Positions 17,802 through 26,675 of a DNA stretch of 64,000 bases are shown in pieces. The notes beneath the pieces are model-generated. The model was not told where the DNA came from. It made no database searches and saw nothing but the letters and a program-made list of their open reading frames with translations. Positions within the stretch are counted from its first letter, which is position 1; each line of letters starts with the position of its first letter. This DNA comes from Hydrogenophaga sp. (GTDB taxonomy: Bacteria; Pseudomonadota; Gammaproteobacteria; Burkholderiales; Burkholderiaceae_C), in assembly GCF_022844385.1 (NCBI RefSeq), contig NZ_JALHLX010000004.1, forward strand, positions 14,832 to 78,831, given 5' to 3'. A program made the position numbers and the translations under genes.

Positions 17802-18245
17802 ATGACGCGCCTGCCGAACTCATTGCTGGCGCTGCTCGCGCGGTTTTCGATCGCTGCGGTGTTCTGGAAATCGGGCCAGACCAAGATCGAAGGACTGACC
17901 ATCGACTTCATCAACGGCGATTTCGTGCTGGGATGGCCCAAGCTTTCCGAGAATGCCGTGTTCCTGTTCGCAGATGAATACCGCTTGCCCATCGTTGCGC
18001 CGCACCTGGCGGCCTGGATGGCCGCGTTCAGCGAACATCTTTTTCCCATTCTGTTGCTGATAGGTCTGTCCACCCGTTTCTCGGCGCTGGCGCTGCTGGG
18101 CATGACCACCGTCATCCAGGTCTTCGTGTATCCCGACGCCTACCCCACACACGGGGTCTGGGCCGCTGTATTGCTATACCTCATGGCCCACGGGCCGGGC
18201 AAGATCTCGGTGGATGAGTTCATCCGCTACCCATCGCGTTGCTGA
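17802..18245 (+). CDS. bufD: DoxX family membrane protein
   Basis: ARFSIAAVFWKSGQTK, LFADEYRLP, EHLFPILLLIGLSTR, IQVFVYPDAYPTHGVWA, GPGKISVD. The start is uncertain (see findings). Confidence 0.85.
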   Translation: MTRLPNSLLALLARFSIAAVFWKSGQTKIEGLTIDFINGDFVLGWPKLSENAVFLFADEYRLPIVAPHLAAWMAAFSEHLFPILLLIGLSTRFSALALLGMTTVIQVFVYPDAYPTHGVWAAVLLYLMAHGPGKISVDEFIRYPSRC

Positions 18246-18270
18246 AGCGTGCACCGGGAAGGGAAGCACC

Positions 18271-19017
18271 GTGGGAAGCCTCACCCGGTTCGTGGGACGC
18301 CAGCTGGCCCGCTACCTGGCGCGCGAGGTGCATGTGCATGGCACAGCGCCTCCCACGCCGGTGCAGTGGCTCAGGGACACGCTGGTGCCAGGCGATGTGT
18401 TGCTGATTGAGGGACACAGCCGGTTCAGCACTGCTATCAAATACCTCACCCAGTCCACCTGGTCGCACGCGGCCCTCTTTGTTGGCCGCGACGCCCTGGT
18501 CGGCCAGGATGAAACAGAAAACTTGTGCTTCATCGAGGCCGATGTGCAGATGGGTGTGCGTGCCGTCGGCCTGGAGCTGTTCGCGCCGCACCACACACGC
18601 ATCTGCAGACCGGTGGGTCTGCTCGCCGCAGACCGGCAAGCGCTGATCCAGCATGCCGTGGCCCAGCTCGGGCGGCAGTACGACCTGAGGAACGTGATCG
18701 ACCTGGCGCGTTACCTGTTCCCGACACCTCCGGTGCCTGCCCGTTTCCGACGTCGGATGCTCTCGCTGGGCAGCGGTGATCCCACCAAGGCCATTTGCTC
18801 TACCCTGATTGCCCAGGCCTTCCAGGCCATCGGTTACCCCGTGCTGCCAGAGGTCCGGCTCATGAACCGCAACGATCCCCTGTGCCCCGATTGCCAAGAC
18901 GAGATCTACATGGTTCGCCACCACAGCCTGTTTGCGCCGCGCGACTTCGATGTGTCGCCGTACTTCGACATCGTCAAACCGACCCTGCGGCAAGGGTTCG
19001 ATTTTCATGGTGTCTAA
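18271..19017 (+). CDS. YiiX/YebB-like permuted papain-like (NlpC/P60) hydrolase
   Basis: PGDVLL, TQSTWSHAALFVG (catalytic His), GRQYD, AICSTLIAQAF (catalytic Cys); GTG start after GGGAAG. Confidence 0.8.
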   Translation: MGSLTRFVGRQLARYLAREVHVHGTAPPTPVQWLRDTLVPGDVLLIEGHSRFSTAIKYLTQSTWSHAALFVGRDALVGQDETENLCFIEADVQMGVRAVGLELFAPHHTRICRPVGLLAADRQALIQHAVAQLGRQYDLRNVIDLARYLFPTPPVPARFRRRMLSLGSGDPTKAICSTLIAQAFQAIGYPVLPEVRLMNRNDPLCPDCQDEIYMVRHHSLFAPRDFDVSPYFDIVKPTLRQGFDFHGV

Positions 19018-19079
19018 TGGGGCGACTTGACCACCCCGGCGACAACTACTCACGTTGCCTTGACCACAGGATTCGACCG

Positions 19080-19649
19080 ATGAGCTTCTTTCCCTCCCTG
19101 CCCGAGGACGCTGGCGTGCGCCACATCCTCACACTCAACCCGGAAGCCGGGCGAGCGCTGGTTGCTTTTCACACCGCAGCGCTGCGCAACGCCAGTCCGC
19201 TGACGCCCGCTCACAAAGAGCTGATCGCCGCCTACGTGTCTGGTCTGAACGCCTGCCAGTATTGCTACGGTGTGCATTCGCAGACCGCGCAGGCCTTCGG
19301 CATGGGTGAGGGTGTGCTGGAAGCCTTGTTGGCCGATGTGGATTCGGCCGATGTTGAAGAGCGACTCAAGCCGCTCTTGCGCTACGCGCGAAAACTCACC
19401 CTGGAGCCAACGCGCATGACCCAGGGGGATGCGCAAGCTGTCTTCGACGCCGGGTGGACCGAGATCGCGCTGCACGATGCCGTGCTCACCGTGTGCCTGT
19501 TCAATTTCATGAACCGGTTGCTCGAAGGTCATGGGGTCAAAGGCAACCCTGGCGTGTTCAACACGCGCGGGCAGGCGCTGCGTGACGACGGCTACGAACC
19601 GCTGTTGGCGTTTCTTGATGCGGCTGTCCAAGCCGCGCCGAGTGCATGA
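19080..19649 (+). CDS. AhpD/carboxymuconolactone decarboxylase family peroxidase-related enzyme
   Basis: KELIAAYVSGLNACQYCYGVH (E-x10-CxxC-x3-H), FNFMNRL. Confidence 0.85.
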   Translation: MSFFPSLPEDAGVRHILTLNPEAGRALVAFHTAALRNASPLTPAHKELIAAYVSGLNACQYCYGVHSQTAQAFGMGEGVLEALLADVDSADVEERLKPLLRYARKLTLEPTRMTQGDAQAVFDAGWTEIALHDAVLTVCLFNFMNRLLEGHGVKGNPGVFNTRGQALRDDGYEPLLAFLDAAVQAAPSA

Positions 19650-19990
19650 CGCTGGACGTGGTGTGCCTGTGTGCCGATTGGTGCGGCACCTGCCGCGACT
19701 ACCGGCCCGAATTCGAAACCTTGACAGGCGCACAGCCCGACTGGCGTACGCGCTGGGTTGATGTGGAAGATTTTGAGACCGTGCTCGACGACGTCGACAT
19801 CACAACCTTTCCCCTGATCCTGATCGTGGACGGCGCCGGTACGCTGTGCTTTGCTGGTCCGGTCACGCCCCAGCCAGGCATGCTGCAGCGACTGTGCCAG
19901 GCAGCACAGCTAGGCTCACTCAGGGCCACTGAAGACCAAGCTGCGACCTGGCAGCCCTTGCTGCGCGCCCTGCAGATTCGAGACGAATGA
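19646..19990 (+). CDS. Thioredoxin-fold protein
   Basis: CLCADWCGTC motif, WVDVED, cis-Pro region TFPLILI; ATGA-coupled to the upstream gene. Confidence 0.8.
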   Translation: MTLDVVCLCADWCGTCRDYRPEFETLTGAQPDWRTRWVDVEDFETVLDDVDITTFPLILIVDGAGTLCFAGPVTPQPGMLQRLCQAAQLGSLRATEDQAATWQPLLRALQIRDE

Positions 19991-20033
19991 TCATCATTAC
20001 CTTTGCTTCATTTACCAGACGTATCATCTGGCC

Positions 20034-20888
20034 ATGGATGCTCTCGTCTCACTGCTAAGCAATTTCTCTCTTCATGCGGGTGTGTTCTATACCGGCAACA
20101 TCTGTGGCATTCACGACTTCGAGCGCGACACAGAACGCGGACACCTCCACCTGATTCGCAGCGGATGGGTTCAGGTGCGCGGCGTGACTCGGCGACGGTT
20201 CGAGGTGACACAACCCACGTTGATGTTCCTGCCCCGCCCGGACCAGCACCGGCTGGTGACCGATGACGGACCTGGCTCCGACGTGGTTTGTGCCACGGTG
20301 CAGTTCGGTGGTTCGGGCGTCAATCCCGTCACCGCATCGCTGCCCGATCTGGTGATGGTCCCTTTGGCGCAGATGTCGGGAGTCGACGCTCTGCTGGATC
20401 TGATGTTCGAGGAGGCCTTTCACGAACACGCGGGCCGACAAGGAGTGCTGGATCGCCTGTGCGAAGTGCTCATGATTCGTCTGCTGCGCCACTGCATGGC
20501 CCTGGGCCTGACGCAAGGGGGCGCACTCGCAGGCCTGGCCGATGTGCGCCTGGGCCCTGTGATGGCCGCAATGCACGAAGATCCCCAGCACCCGTGGGAC
20601 CTGCTCGGCATGGCGCAACTGGCCGGCATGTCACGCGCCCGCTTTGCGGTGCGGTTTCGCGAGGTGACTGGCGACACCCCGGCTGACTACCTGGCCGCTT
20701 GGCGCGTGATGACAGCGCAGCGCCTGCTTACCCGCGGCGCACCGGTCAAGCAGGTGGCCGAAGACGTGGGCTATGGCAGCGCGAGCGCCCTGTCGCGCGC
20801 GTTTGTGCGCCGGCTCGGAATAGCACCGGGGCAATGGCTGAGGCAGCAAGCCTTGCCAACGCAGACCGAAACCGCGCTCAGTCTTTGA
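20034..20888 (+). CDS. AraC family transcriptional regulator (Cupin_6 plus HTH)
   Basis: LDRLCEVLMIRLLR, AGMSRARFAVRFREVTG, VGYGSASALSRAF. Confidence 0.9.
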   Translation: MDALVSLLSNFSLHAGVFYTGNICGIHDFERDTERGHLHLIRSGWVQVRGVTRRRFEVTQPTLMFLPRPDQHRLVTDDGPGSDVVCATVQFGGSGVNPVTASLPDLVMVPLAQMSGVDALLDLMFEEAFHEHAGRQGVLDRLCEVLMIRLLRHCMALGLTQGGALAGLADVRLGPVMAAMHEDPQHPWDLLGMAQLAGMSRARFAVRFREVTGDTPADYLAAWRVMTAQRLLTRGAPVKQVAEDVGYGSASALSRAFVRRLGIAPGQWLRQQALPTQTETALSL

Positions 20889-21049
20889 CGCTCCCGTGTG
20901 CTCACCTTCCAGGGAACGTCGGGTATGGAAATAGAGACGGCTGGTCTCTCGTTGGGTACGGTGACCACCTAGTATGAAGCAACGTTCGTCGAGCACCTGA
21001 CCCAGTGATCGGTGAAGCTTTGCAATCGCAACTCAGGAGCCCTCCTTCC

Positions 21050-21619
21050 ATGTCTGCCGCCCCATACATCCACCAACTCAACCCAATCAACCACGCCAGT
21101 GCAGAAGGCCCTCAGAAGGCCATTCTGGACTCTGCCCTCAAGCAGGTCGGCTTCATCCCGAACATGTATGCCAACATGGCCAACGCTCCGGCCGTGCTGA
21201 GTACGTACCTGCATGGCTACGGACTGTTCCGCAGTGAGTCTGGCCTGACGCCCACGGAGCAGGAGGTGGTGTTCCTCGCAGTCAGCCAGACCAACGGCTG
21301 CACCTATTGCACCGCAGCGCACAGCATGATCGCCGACAAGATGTCTGGCGTCCCCGCCCCAGTTCTGCAGGCCATCCGTCAAAAGCAACCCATTCCCGAT
21401 GCCAAACTGGCCGCGCTGTTCGCAACAACCACCGAGATGGTGAAGTCGTTGGGCCAGCCCAGCCCCGCCACGGTAAAGTCGTTCCTTGAGGCGGGTTACC
21501 AGGAGCGGGATCTGCTCTACATCGTGCTGGCTGTGTCCGTGAAGGTTCTGAGCAACTATTCCAACCACGCCTTTGCCACGCCAGTGGACGAGCGTTTTTC
21601 GGCCTACAAAGTCGACTGA
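21050..21619 (+). CDS. Second AhpD/CMD family protein
   Basis: GFIPNMYANMANAP, EQEVVFLAVSQTNGCTYCTAAHS, SNYSNH. Confidence 0.85.
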   Translation: MSAAPYIHQLNPINHASAEGPQKAILDSALKQVGFIPNMYANMANAPAVLSTYLHGYGLFRSESGLTPTEQEVVFLAVSQTNGCTYCTAAHSMIADKMSGVPAPVLQAIRQKQPIPDAKLAALFATTTEMVKSLGQPSPATVKSFLEAGYQERDLLYIVLAVSVKVLSNYSNHAFATPVDERFSAYKVD

Positions 21620-21631
21620 TCCATTAAATCC

Positions 21632-21940
21632 ATGACGCCCACCTTTGTTCCACAAACGTTTAAGCGGGTGATGGGCTGCACCGCTTCGGAGCTGATCTCA
21701 TGGTTGCCGCGCGCTCTGCCAGGTGCCGAGCTGACCACCGATGTGGCAGGACAACGTAACGTGGCCTTCTGGGCCGGGGGATCGATGGAGTTGCGCTGGA
21801 ATACCCTGCCGCCCAGGCGTATTGCGTTGCTGGAGATTCCGCAGCTGCAAGTGAACTTCGCGTACGACGGCCTGGACGACGAAGCGCGTTACCGCATTCA
21901 GAAGTGCTTCGACCTGCAGACCCACCGTGGCGGCGGTTGA
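21632..21940 (+). CDS. Conserved-looking hypothetical protein
   Basis: Clean ORF placed between two operon genes; RRIALL and FDLQTHRGGG-type ending. No function assigned. Confidence 0.6.
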   Translation: MTPTFVPQTFKRVMGCTASELISWLPRALPGAELTTDVAGQRNVAFWAGGSMELRWNTLPPRRIALLEIPQLQVNFAYDGLDDEARYRIQKCFDLQTHRGGG

Positions 21941-21970
21941 AGCGCTTCTCGACAACAAAGGAACCGCCTC

Positions 21971-22666
21971 ATGAACATCAAGGCACTGGCATTTGACACC
22001 GGTGGCACGGTACTCGACTGGCACAGCGGCATCTGCAAGGCCTTCGCCTTGGCCGGACAGCGCCACGGTGTAGAGCGCGACTGGCACGCGGTAACCAACG
22101 ACTACCGGCGCGCGTCAATGGCAGGCATCGTGGGCAAACTGCAGCCTGCGTTCAACATGGACGACGTGCACCGCACGGTGCTTGACGGCGTGATGGCGCA
22201 ACACGGGCTTGAGATGTTCGCGCCGCAAGATCACGCGCAGATTCATCGCGCCTGGAACAGCCTGAACGCCTGGCCAGACTTTGCCGGGGCATTGGGTCGC
22301 CTGAAGCGCAAGTTTCCGGTGGTCTCGTTCACCATGTTGCCACTGGCCATGGTGATGGCCGTCTCCAGACGCAATGGCCTTGAGTGGGACGCCGTGGTCT
22401 CGTGCGAAATGATCGGCGCCTACAAACCGCAGCCGCTGGCTTACGAACAGGCGGCGCGTTGGATGGATGTAGCGCCTGGTCAAATCTTGATGGTGGCATG
22501 CCACAACTTCGATCTCAACGCAGCCCGCGCATGCGGTTACCACACCGCCTTCGTGCGGCGCCCTTTGGAGTGGGGCCCCGCCGGCCCCCCCGATCCGCAT
22601 CCACACCCCGACTGCACCATCGTGGTAGACGACTTCCCAACATTGGCACAACACTTGGGTGCCTGA
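21971..22666 (+). CDS. Type II haloacid dehalogenase (HAD superfamily)
   Basis: LAFDTGGTVLDW, AWPDF, YKPQP, LMVACHNFDLNAA, TAFVRRPLEWG. Confidence 0.85.
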   Translation: MNIKALAFDTGGTVLDWHSGICKAFALAGQRHGVERDWHAVTNDYRRASMAGIVGKLQPAFNMDDVHRTVLDGVMAQHGLEMFAPQDHAQIHRAWNSLNAWPDFAGALGRLKRKFPVVSFTMLPLAMVMAVSRRNGLEWDAVVSCEMIGAYKPQPLAYEQAARWMDVAPGQILMVACHNFDLNAARACGYHTAFVRRPLEWGPAGPPDPHPHPDCTIVVDDFPTLAQHLGA

Positions 22667-22744
22667 GGCGTTTCGATTCACCACGCCCCCGGTAGCGCTG
22701 TCGCCGGCGACATCGCCATCACAACAACCTACGAGAGATACACC

Positions 22745-23287
22745 ATGCTCATTCCCCGCCAAACAGTACCGGCGCTGGCTGTCCCGACCCTGTCCCACGG
22801 TACTTTCAACATCGCCACCGATTCGCCAGAACAGTTTTCTCTGGTGGTCTTTTACCGCGGCCTGCACTGCCCGATCTGCCACAAATACCTGCTCGAGCTT
22901 GGTCGACTCCTTCCCGAGTTCACAAAGCGCGGCGTGAAGGTGATTGCGTTGTCCAGCGACACTGAAGAACGTGCCCAGGCCATGGCCGACAAGCTGAACG
23001 CTCCTGATCTGCGGGTGGGGCACAGCCTGCCCCTGGAGGTTGCACGCGCGTGGGGTCTTTACATCAGCGCGTCCCGTGGGGCGACATCCATCGGCATCGA
23101 GGAGCCCGCGTTGTTTTCCGAGCCGGGGGTCTTCATTGTTCGTCCAGACGCGACGCTGTACTACGGCGCCGTCCAGACCATGCCCTTTGCCCGTCCCCAT
23201 TTTGATGAACTGATCGCAGCCCTGGACTTCGCGGTGGCCAAAAGCTATCCCGCGCGCGGTGAATACAGCGGAGCCTTGCCTCAGTGA
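22745..23287 (+). CDS. Peroxiredoxin-like AhpC/TSA family protein
   Basis: VVFYRGLHCPIC, FSEPGVF, MPFARP. Confidence 0.88.
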   Translation: MLIPRQTVPALAVPTLSHGTFNIATDSPEQFSLVVFYRGLHCPICHKYLLELGRLLPEFTKRGVKVIALSSDTEERAQAMADKLNAPDLRVGHSLPLEVARAWGLYISASRGATSIGIEEPALFSEPGVFIVRPDATLYYGAVQTMPFARPHFDELIAALDFAVAKSYPARGEYSGALPQ

Positions 23288-23343
23288 TGGAGTTCGATGG
23301 TGAGACCGCACCACATTGCAAGTCCTTCTTCTAGAATTCGCTG

Positions 23344-23706
23344 ATGCGCCGCCTGCTCGTCCTCGTCCTGTGTCTGCTGCTGCCCCTGCAGGGGTTCGCG
23401 GCGTGGCAGGTTCCTGCGTCACCATGCCCCATGCAGGACATGATGGCCATGGCGGACGAAGCCGGCGAGATGACAGAGTCCCTGGCCGAGACCATGGACG
23501 ATTGCTGCAACGACATGGTCACCTTTGAGCGCACGGGTCAGCCCTGCAAGAGCGTCCAGAGTTGTGTTACGTCAGCTGCAGGCCTGCCGTCTTTCCCCTA
23601 CCTCTTGACCCAGACCCCGGTCACCCAGGACCCTCAAGCGCCGGCCTGGCGCAGCCTTCCCCCGGGCGCCACTTCGCGCCTCTGGCGTCCACCCACTTCC
23701 GTCTGA
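23344..23706 (+). CDS. Cys/Met-rich exported protein (CzcI-like, inferred metal-binding)
   Basis: Signal-like N-terminus LLVLVLCLLLPLQG, CPMQDMMAM, DDCCND, C-terminal LWRPP; lies directly before the RND operon. Confidence 0.6.
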   Translation: MRRLLVLVLCLLLPLQGFAAWQVPASPCPMQDMMAMADEAGEMTESLAETMDDCCNDMVTFERTGQPCKSVQSCVTSAAGLPSFPYLLTQTPVTQDPQAPAWRSLPPGATSRLWRPPTSV

Positions 23707-23799
23707 TTCCCCGCACAGCGCAGCCCACCCGCCGGTGGCGCTGCTGTCGCGCGCTGTCAGGGCTTTTGTGCCCGGGCGTGCCTGCTCCGGAGCTCAGAC

Positions 23800-25074
23800 A
23801 TGGAACACCCTTCGCTTTTTCTTGCACGCGCCGTGCTGGCCCTCGCTGGCCTGCTCGTGCTGGTCACGCCCGCTGCTGCCGATGAACCCCTGAGCCTGAG
23901 CGCTGCGGTGAGCGCCGCCCTGGCCCGCTCGCGCAGTCTCGACGCATCAACCGCTGCCGTGCAAGGCGCGCGCGAGATGGCGGTAGCCGCTGCGCAACGA
24001 CCCGACCCGGTGCTGCGCCTCTCGCTGGACAACTTGCCGGTGAACGGCCCCGAGCGGTTCAGCACCACGCGTGACTTCATGACCATGCGCTCGATCGCGC
24101 TCATGCAGACCTTGCCCAGCGCGGAGAAGCGCCGTGCGCGGGGCGAGCGCTTCGAGCGTGAAGCCGATGCGGCGCTGAGCGAACGTGCACAACGCGTTGC
24201 ACTGCTGCAGACCGAGGTGGCGCAGGCCTGGCTGGAGCGCAGAATGCAGGAGCAGCGTTGGTTGTTGCTGCAGTCGCAGATCGCCGAGGCGCGTGTGCTG
24301 GTGCAGACCACGGAAGCCGCTCTTCGCGGCGGTCGCGGTTCCACGGCCGATGCGCTGGATGCCCGCGAGGCGCTGACCCAGCTGGAGCAAGGCTTGATCG
24401 GCGCGCAGGCCGAGCGCACCAACGCCCGCCTCACGCTGGCGCGCTTCACCGGCGGGCCGCCCGACCAGCCGCTGGCCGATCCGCCGCCGATGCGGCACAC
24501 CACCGCAGCGGTAGGTGAAGCGGACCCATTGCGCAACCTGCCCGATCTCGTTGCGCTGCAGGCCCGCGAGGCCGTGGCGCGGGCCGAGGCCGAAGTGGCG
24601 CGCCAGGAGCTCAAGCCGGACTGGAGCGCCGAGGTCATGTTCAGCCAGCGCGGCTCGCAGTTCTCCAACATGGTGTCGATTGGCGTGTCGGTGCCGCTGC
24701 AATGGGACCGCCCGCAGCGCCAGCAACGCGAACTCGCCGCGCGCCTGGCGCGTGTGAACGAACTGGAGGCCGAGCGCGAGGAACAGACCCGCGAGCGGGC
24801 GCTGCAGGTGCAGCGCTGGCAGCAGGACTGGCGCGCTGGGCGGGACCGGCTGGCCTTCCTGGACGCGCACCGCCTGCCGCTGGTCACACAGCGCGTGGAT
24901 GCCGCGCTGGCGGCCTACCGGGGCGGGCGCGAAAGCCTGGGCACCGTGCTGCAGGCGCGCCGCGACGCACTGAACCTCGCGCTCGAACGCCTCGCGCTGG
25001 AGCGCGACACCGCAGGCCTGTGGGCCCAACTCGAATACCTCATCCCCGACAGCCCGACAGGAGTGAAACCATGA
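23800..25074 (+). CDS. cusC: TolC/CusC-type outer membrane efflux protein
   Basis: PDPVLRLSLDNLP, DFMTM, VSIGVSVPL, helical repeats; overlaps the next gene (ATGA). Confidence 0.85.
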   Translation: MEHPSLFLARAVLALAGLLVLVTPAAADEPLSLSAAVSAALARSRSLDASTAAVQGAREMAVAAAQRPDPVLRLSLDNLPVNGPERFSTTRDFMTMRSIALMQTLPSAEKRRARGERFEREADAALSERAQRVALLQTEVAQAWLERRMQEQRWLLLQSQIAEARVLVQTTEAALRGGRGSTADALDAREALTQLEQGLIGAQAERTNARLTLARFTGGPPDQPLADPPPMRHTTAAVGEADPLRNLPDLVALQAREAVARAEAEVARQELKPDWSAEVMFSQRGSQFSNMVSIGVSVPLQWDRPQRQQRELAARLARVNELEAEREEQTRERALQVQRWQQDWRAGRDRLAFLDAHRLPLVTQRVDAALAAYRGGRESLGTVLQARRDALNLALERLALERDTAGLWAQLEYLIPDSPTGVKP

Positions 25075-26675
25075 GCAAAAAAACATCCTTCGTCGCGCTG
25101 GCCGCTGTGGCCCTGCTCGTTGCCGTGGGCGCGGGTGCCTGGTGGCTGGGCATGCAGCAGGGCATGGGCCACACCTCGCCAGCGCCACAACCGGTTGCGG
25201 CGACCACCGCCAGCGACGACCCGTCCCTGTGGACCATCCCGCAAGGCGAAGCAGCCACGCGCCGGCACATCCGCGAATCGCTCAAGGCGGGGGATGTGGA
25301 CCCGGTCACGGGCCGGCGCATCTTGAATTACCACGACCCCATGGTGCCGGGCAAGAACTTCGAGGCCCCCGCCAAGTCGCCGTTCATGGACATGATGCTG
25401 GTGCCGCGCTACGCCGGCAGCGATGCGGCTGATGCCAGCAGCGTCACCGTGAGCCCCCGCATCCAGCAGAACCTGGGGCTGCGCACGGCGCCGGTGGTCG
25501 AAGGCTCGCTGGTGTCGGAAGTAACAGCCGTGGGCAACGTGGCCTGGAACGAGCGCGAGCGGGTGGAGCTGAGTTCACGTGCCATGGGCTTCGTAGAGAA
25601 GCTGCATGTGAAAGCGGCGCTCGATCGCGTGGCGGCCGGCGCGGCTCTGGCCGAGCTGTACGTGCCCGACTGGGTGGCCGCGCAGGAGGAGTACCTGGCG
25701 CTGGCGCGCCTGACGGGCGATGGTATCGACGCGCTGCAGGACGCCGCGCGCCAGCGCATGCGCCAGGCGGGCATGACACCCGCGCACATCCAGCGCGTGG
25801 TCACCTCCGGACAAGTGCAAGCGCGTTTCACGCTCACCGCGCCCATCGCCGGCATCGTGAGCGAGCTCATGGTGCGCGAGGGCGCGACCGTGATGCCGGG
25901 CATGACGCTGATGCGCCTGCAAGGCACGCGCACGGTGTGGGCCGAAGGCGCCGTGCCGGAGAGCCAGGCGGCGCTGCTGCAACCGGGCGCACGCGTGCGC
26001 ACCACCAGCCCCGGCGCGCCCGGCCAGACCTTCGAGGGCCAGGTGCAAACCTTGCTCCCCGAGGTGGACGCGATCACACGCACCATCCGTGCGCGGGTCG
26101 AGCTGGCGAACCCGCAGGGGCGGCTGGTGCCCGGCATGCTGGTGAGCATGCGGCTGGACCGCCCGAAGGCCGCCGCGACCTTGCTGGTGCCCAGCGATGC
26201 GGTGATTCACACCGGGCGTCGCAGCGTGGTGATGGTGGCCGAGGACGGCGGGCGCTTCCGCCCGGTGGAGGTGACCGCGGGCCTGGAGGTGGGTGGCCAG
26301 ACCGAGATCAGCGCGGGGCTGCAGATGGGTCAGCGCGTGGTGCTCTCCGGGCAGTTCCTCATCGACTCCGAAGCCAGCCTGCGCGGTTTGGAAGCGCGTC
26401 TCAACCAGGAGCCTGCAGCTCCGTCCACACAACAGCGCTACACCACCGACGCGGTGATCGATGCGCTCAGCGGCGACACGGTCACGCTCACGCACCCACC
26501 CATCCCGGCACTGAAGTGGCCGCAGATGCAGATGGACTTCATGTTGCCCCCGCGCGCGCAGCAGCCACGCGACCTGGAGGCCGGTGACCGGCTGCAGATC
26601 GAGTTTGAAATGCAGGACGGCGACGTGCCGCGCATCACCAGCCTGCAGCGCGTGGCACCGGAGCCGCGCCAATGA
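25071..26675 (+). CDS. cusB: CusB-type membrane fusion protein with an N-terminal heavy-metal-binding motif and a C-terminal CusF-like domain
   Basis: YHDPMVPG...[42 protein letters not shown], then [16 protein letters not shown] (CusF H-W-M-M motif). Confidence 0.9.
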   Translation: MSKKTSFVALAAVALLVAVGAGAWWLGMQQGMGHTSPAPQPVAATTASDDPSLWTIPQGEAATRRHIRESLKAGDVDPVTGRRILNYHDPMVPGKNFEAPAKSPFMDMMLVPRYAGSDAADASSVTVSPRIQQNLGLRTAPVVEGSLVSEVTAVGNVAWNERERVELSSRAMGFVEKLHVKAALDRVAAGAALAELYVPDWVAAQEEYLALARLTGDGIDALQDAARQRMRQAGMTPAHIQRVVTSGQVQARFTLTAPIAGIVSELMVREGATVMPGMTLMRLQGTRTVWAEGAVPESQAALLQPGARVRTTSPGAPGQTFEGQVQTLLPEVDAITRTIRARVELANPQGRLVPGMLVSMRLDRPKAAATLLVPSDAVIHTGRRSVVMVAEDGGRFRPVEVTAGLEVGGQTEISAGLQMGQRVVLSGQFLIDSEASLRGLEARLNQEPAAPSTQQRYTTDAVIDALSGDTVTLTHPPIPALKWPQMQMDFMLPPRAQQPRDLEAGDRLQIEFEMQDGDVPRITSLQRVAPEPRQ

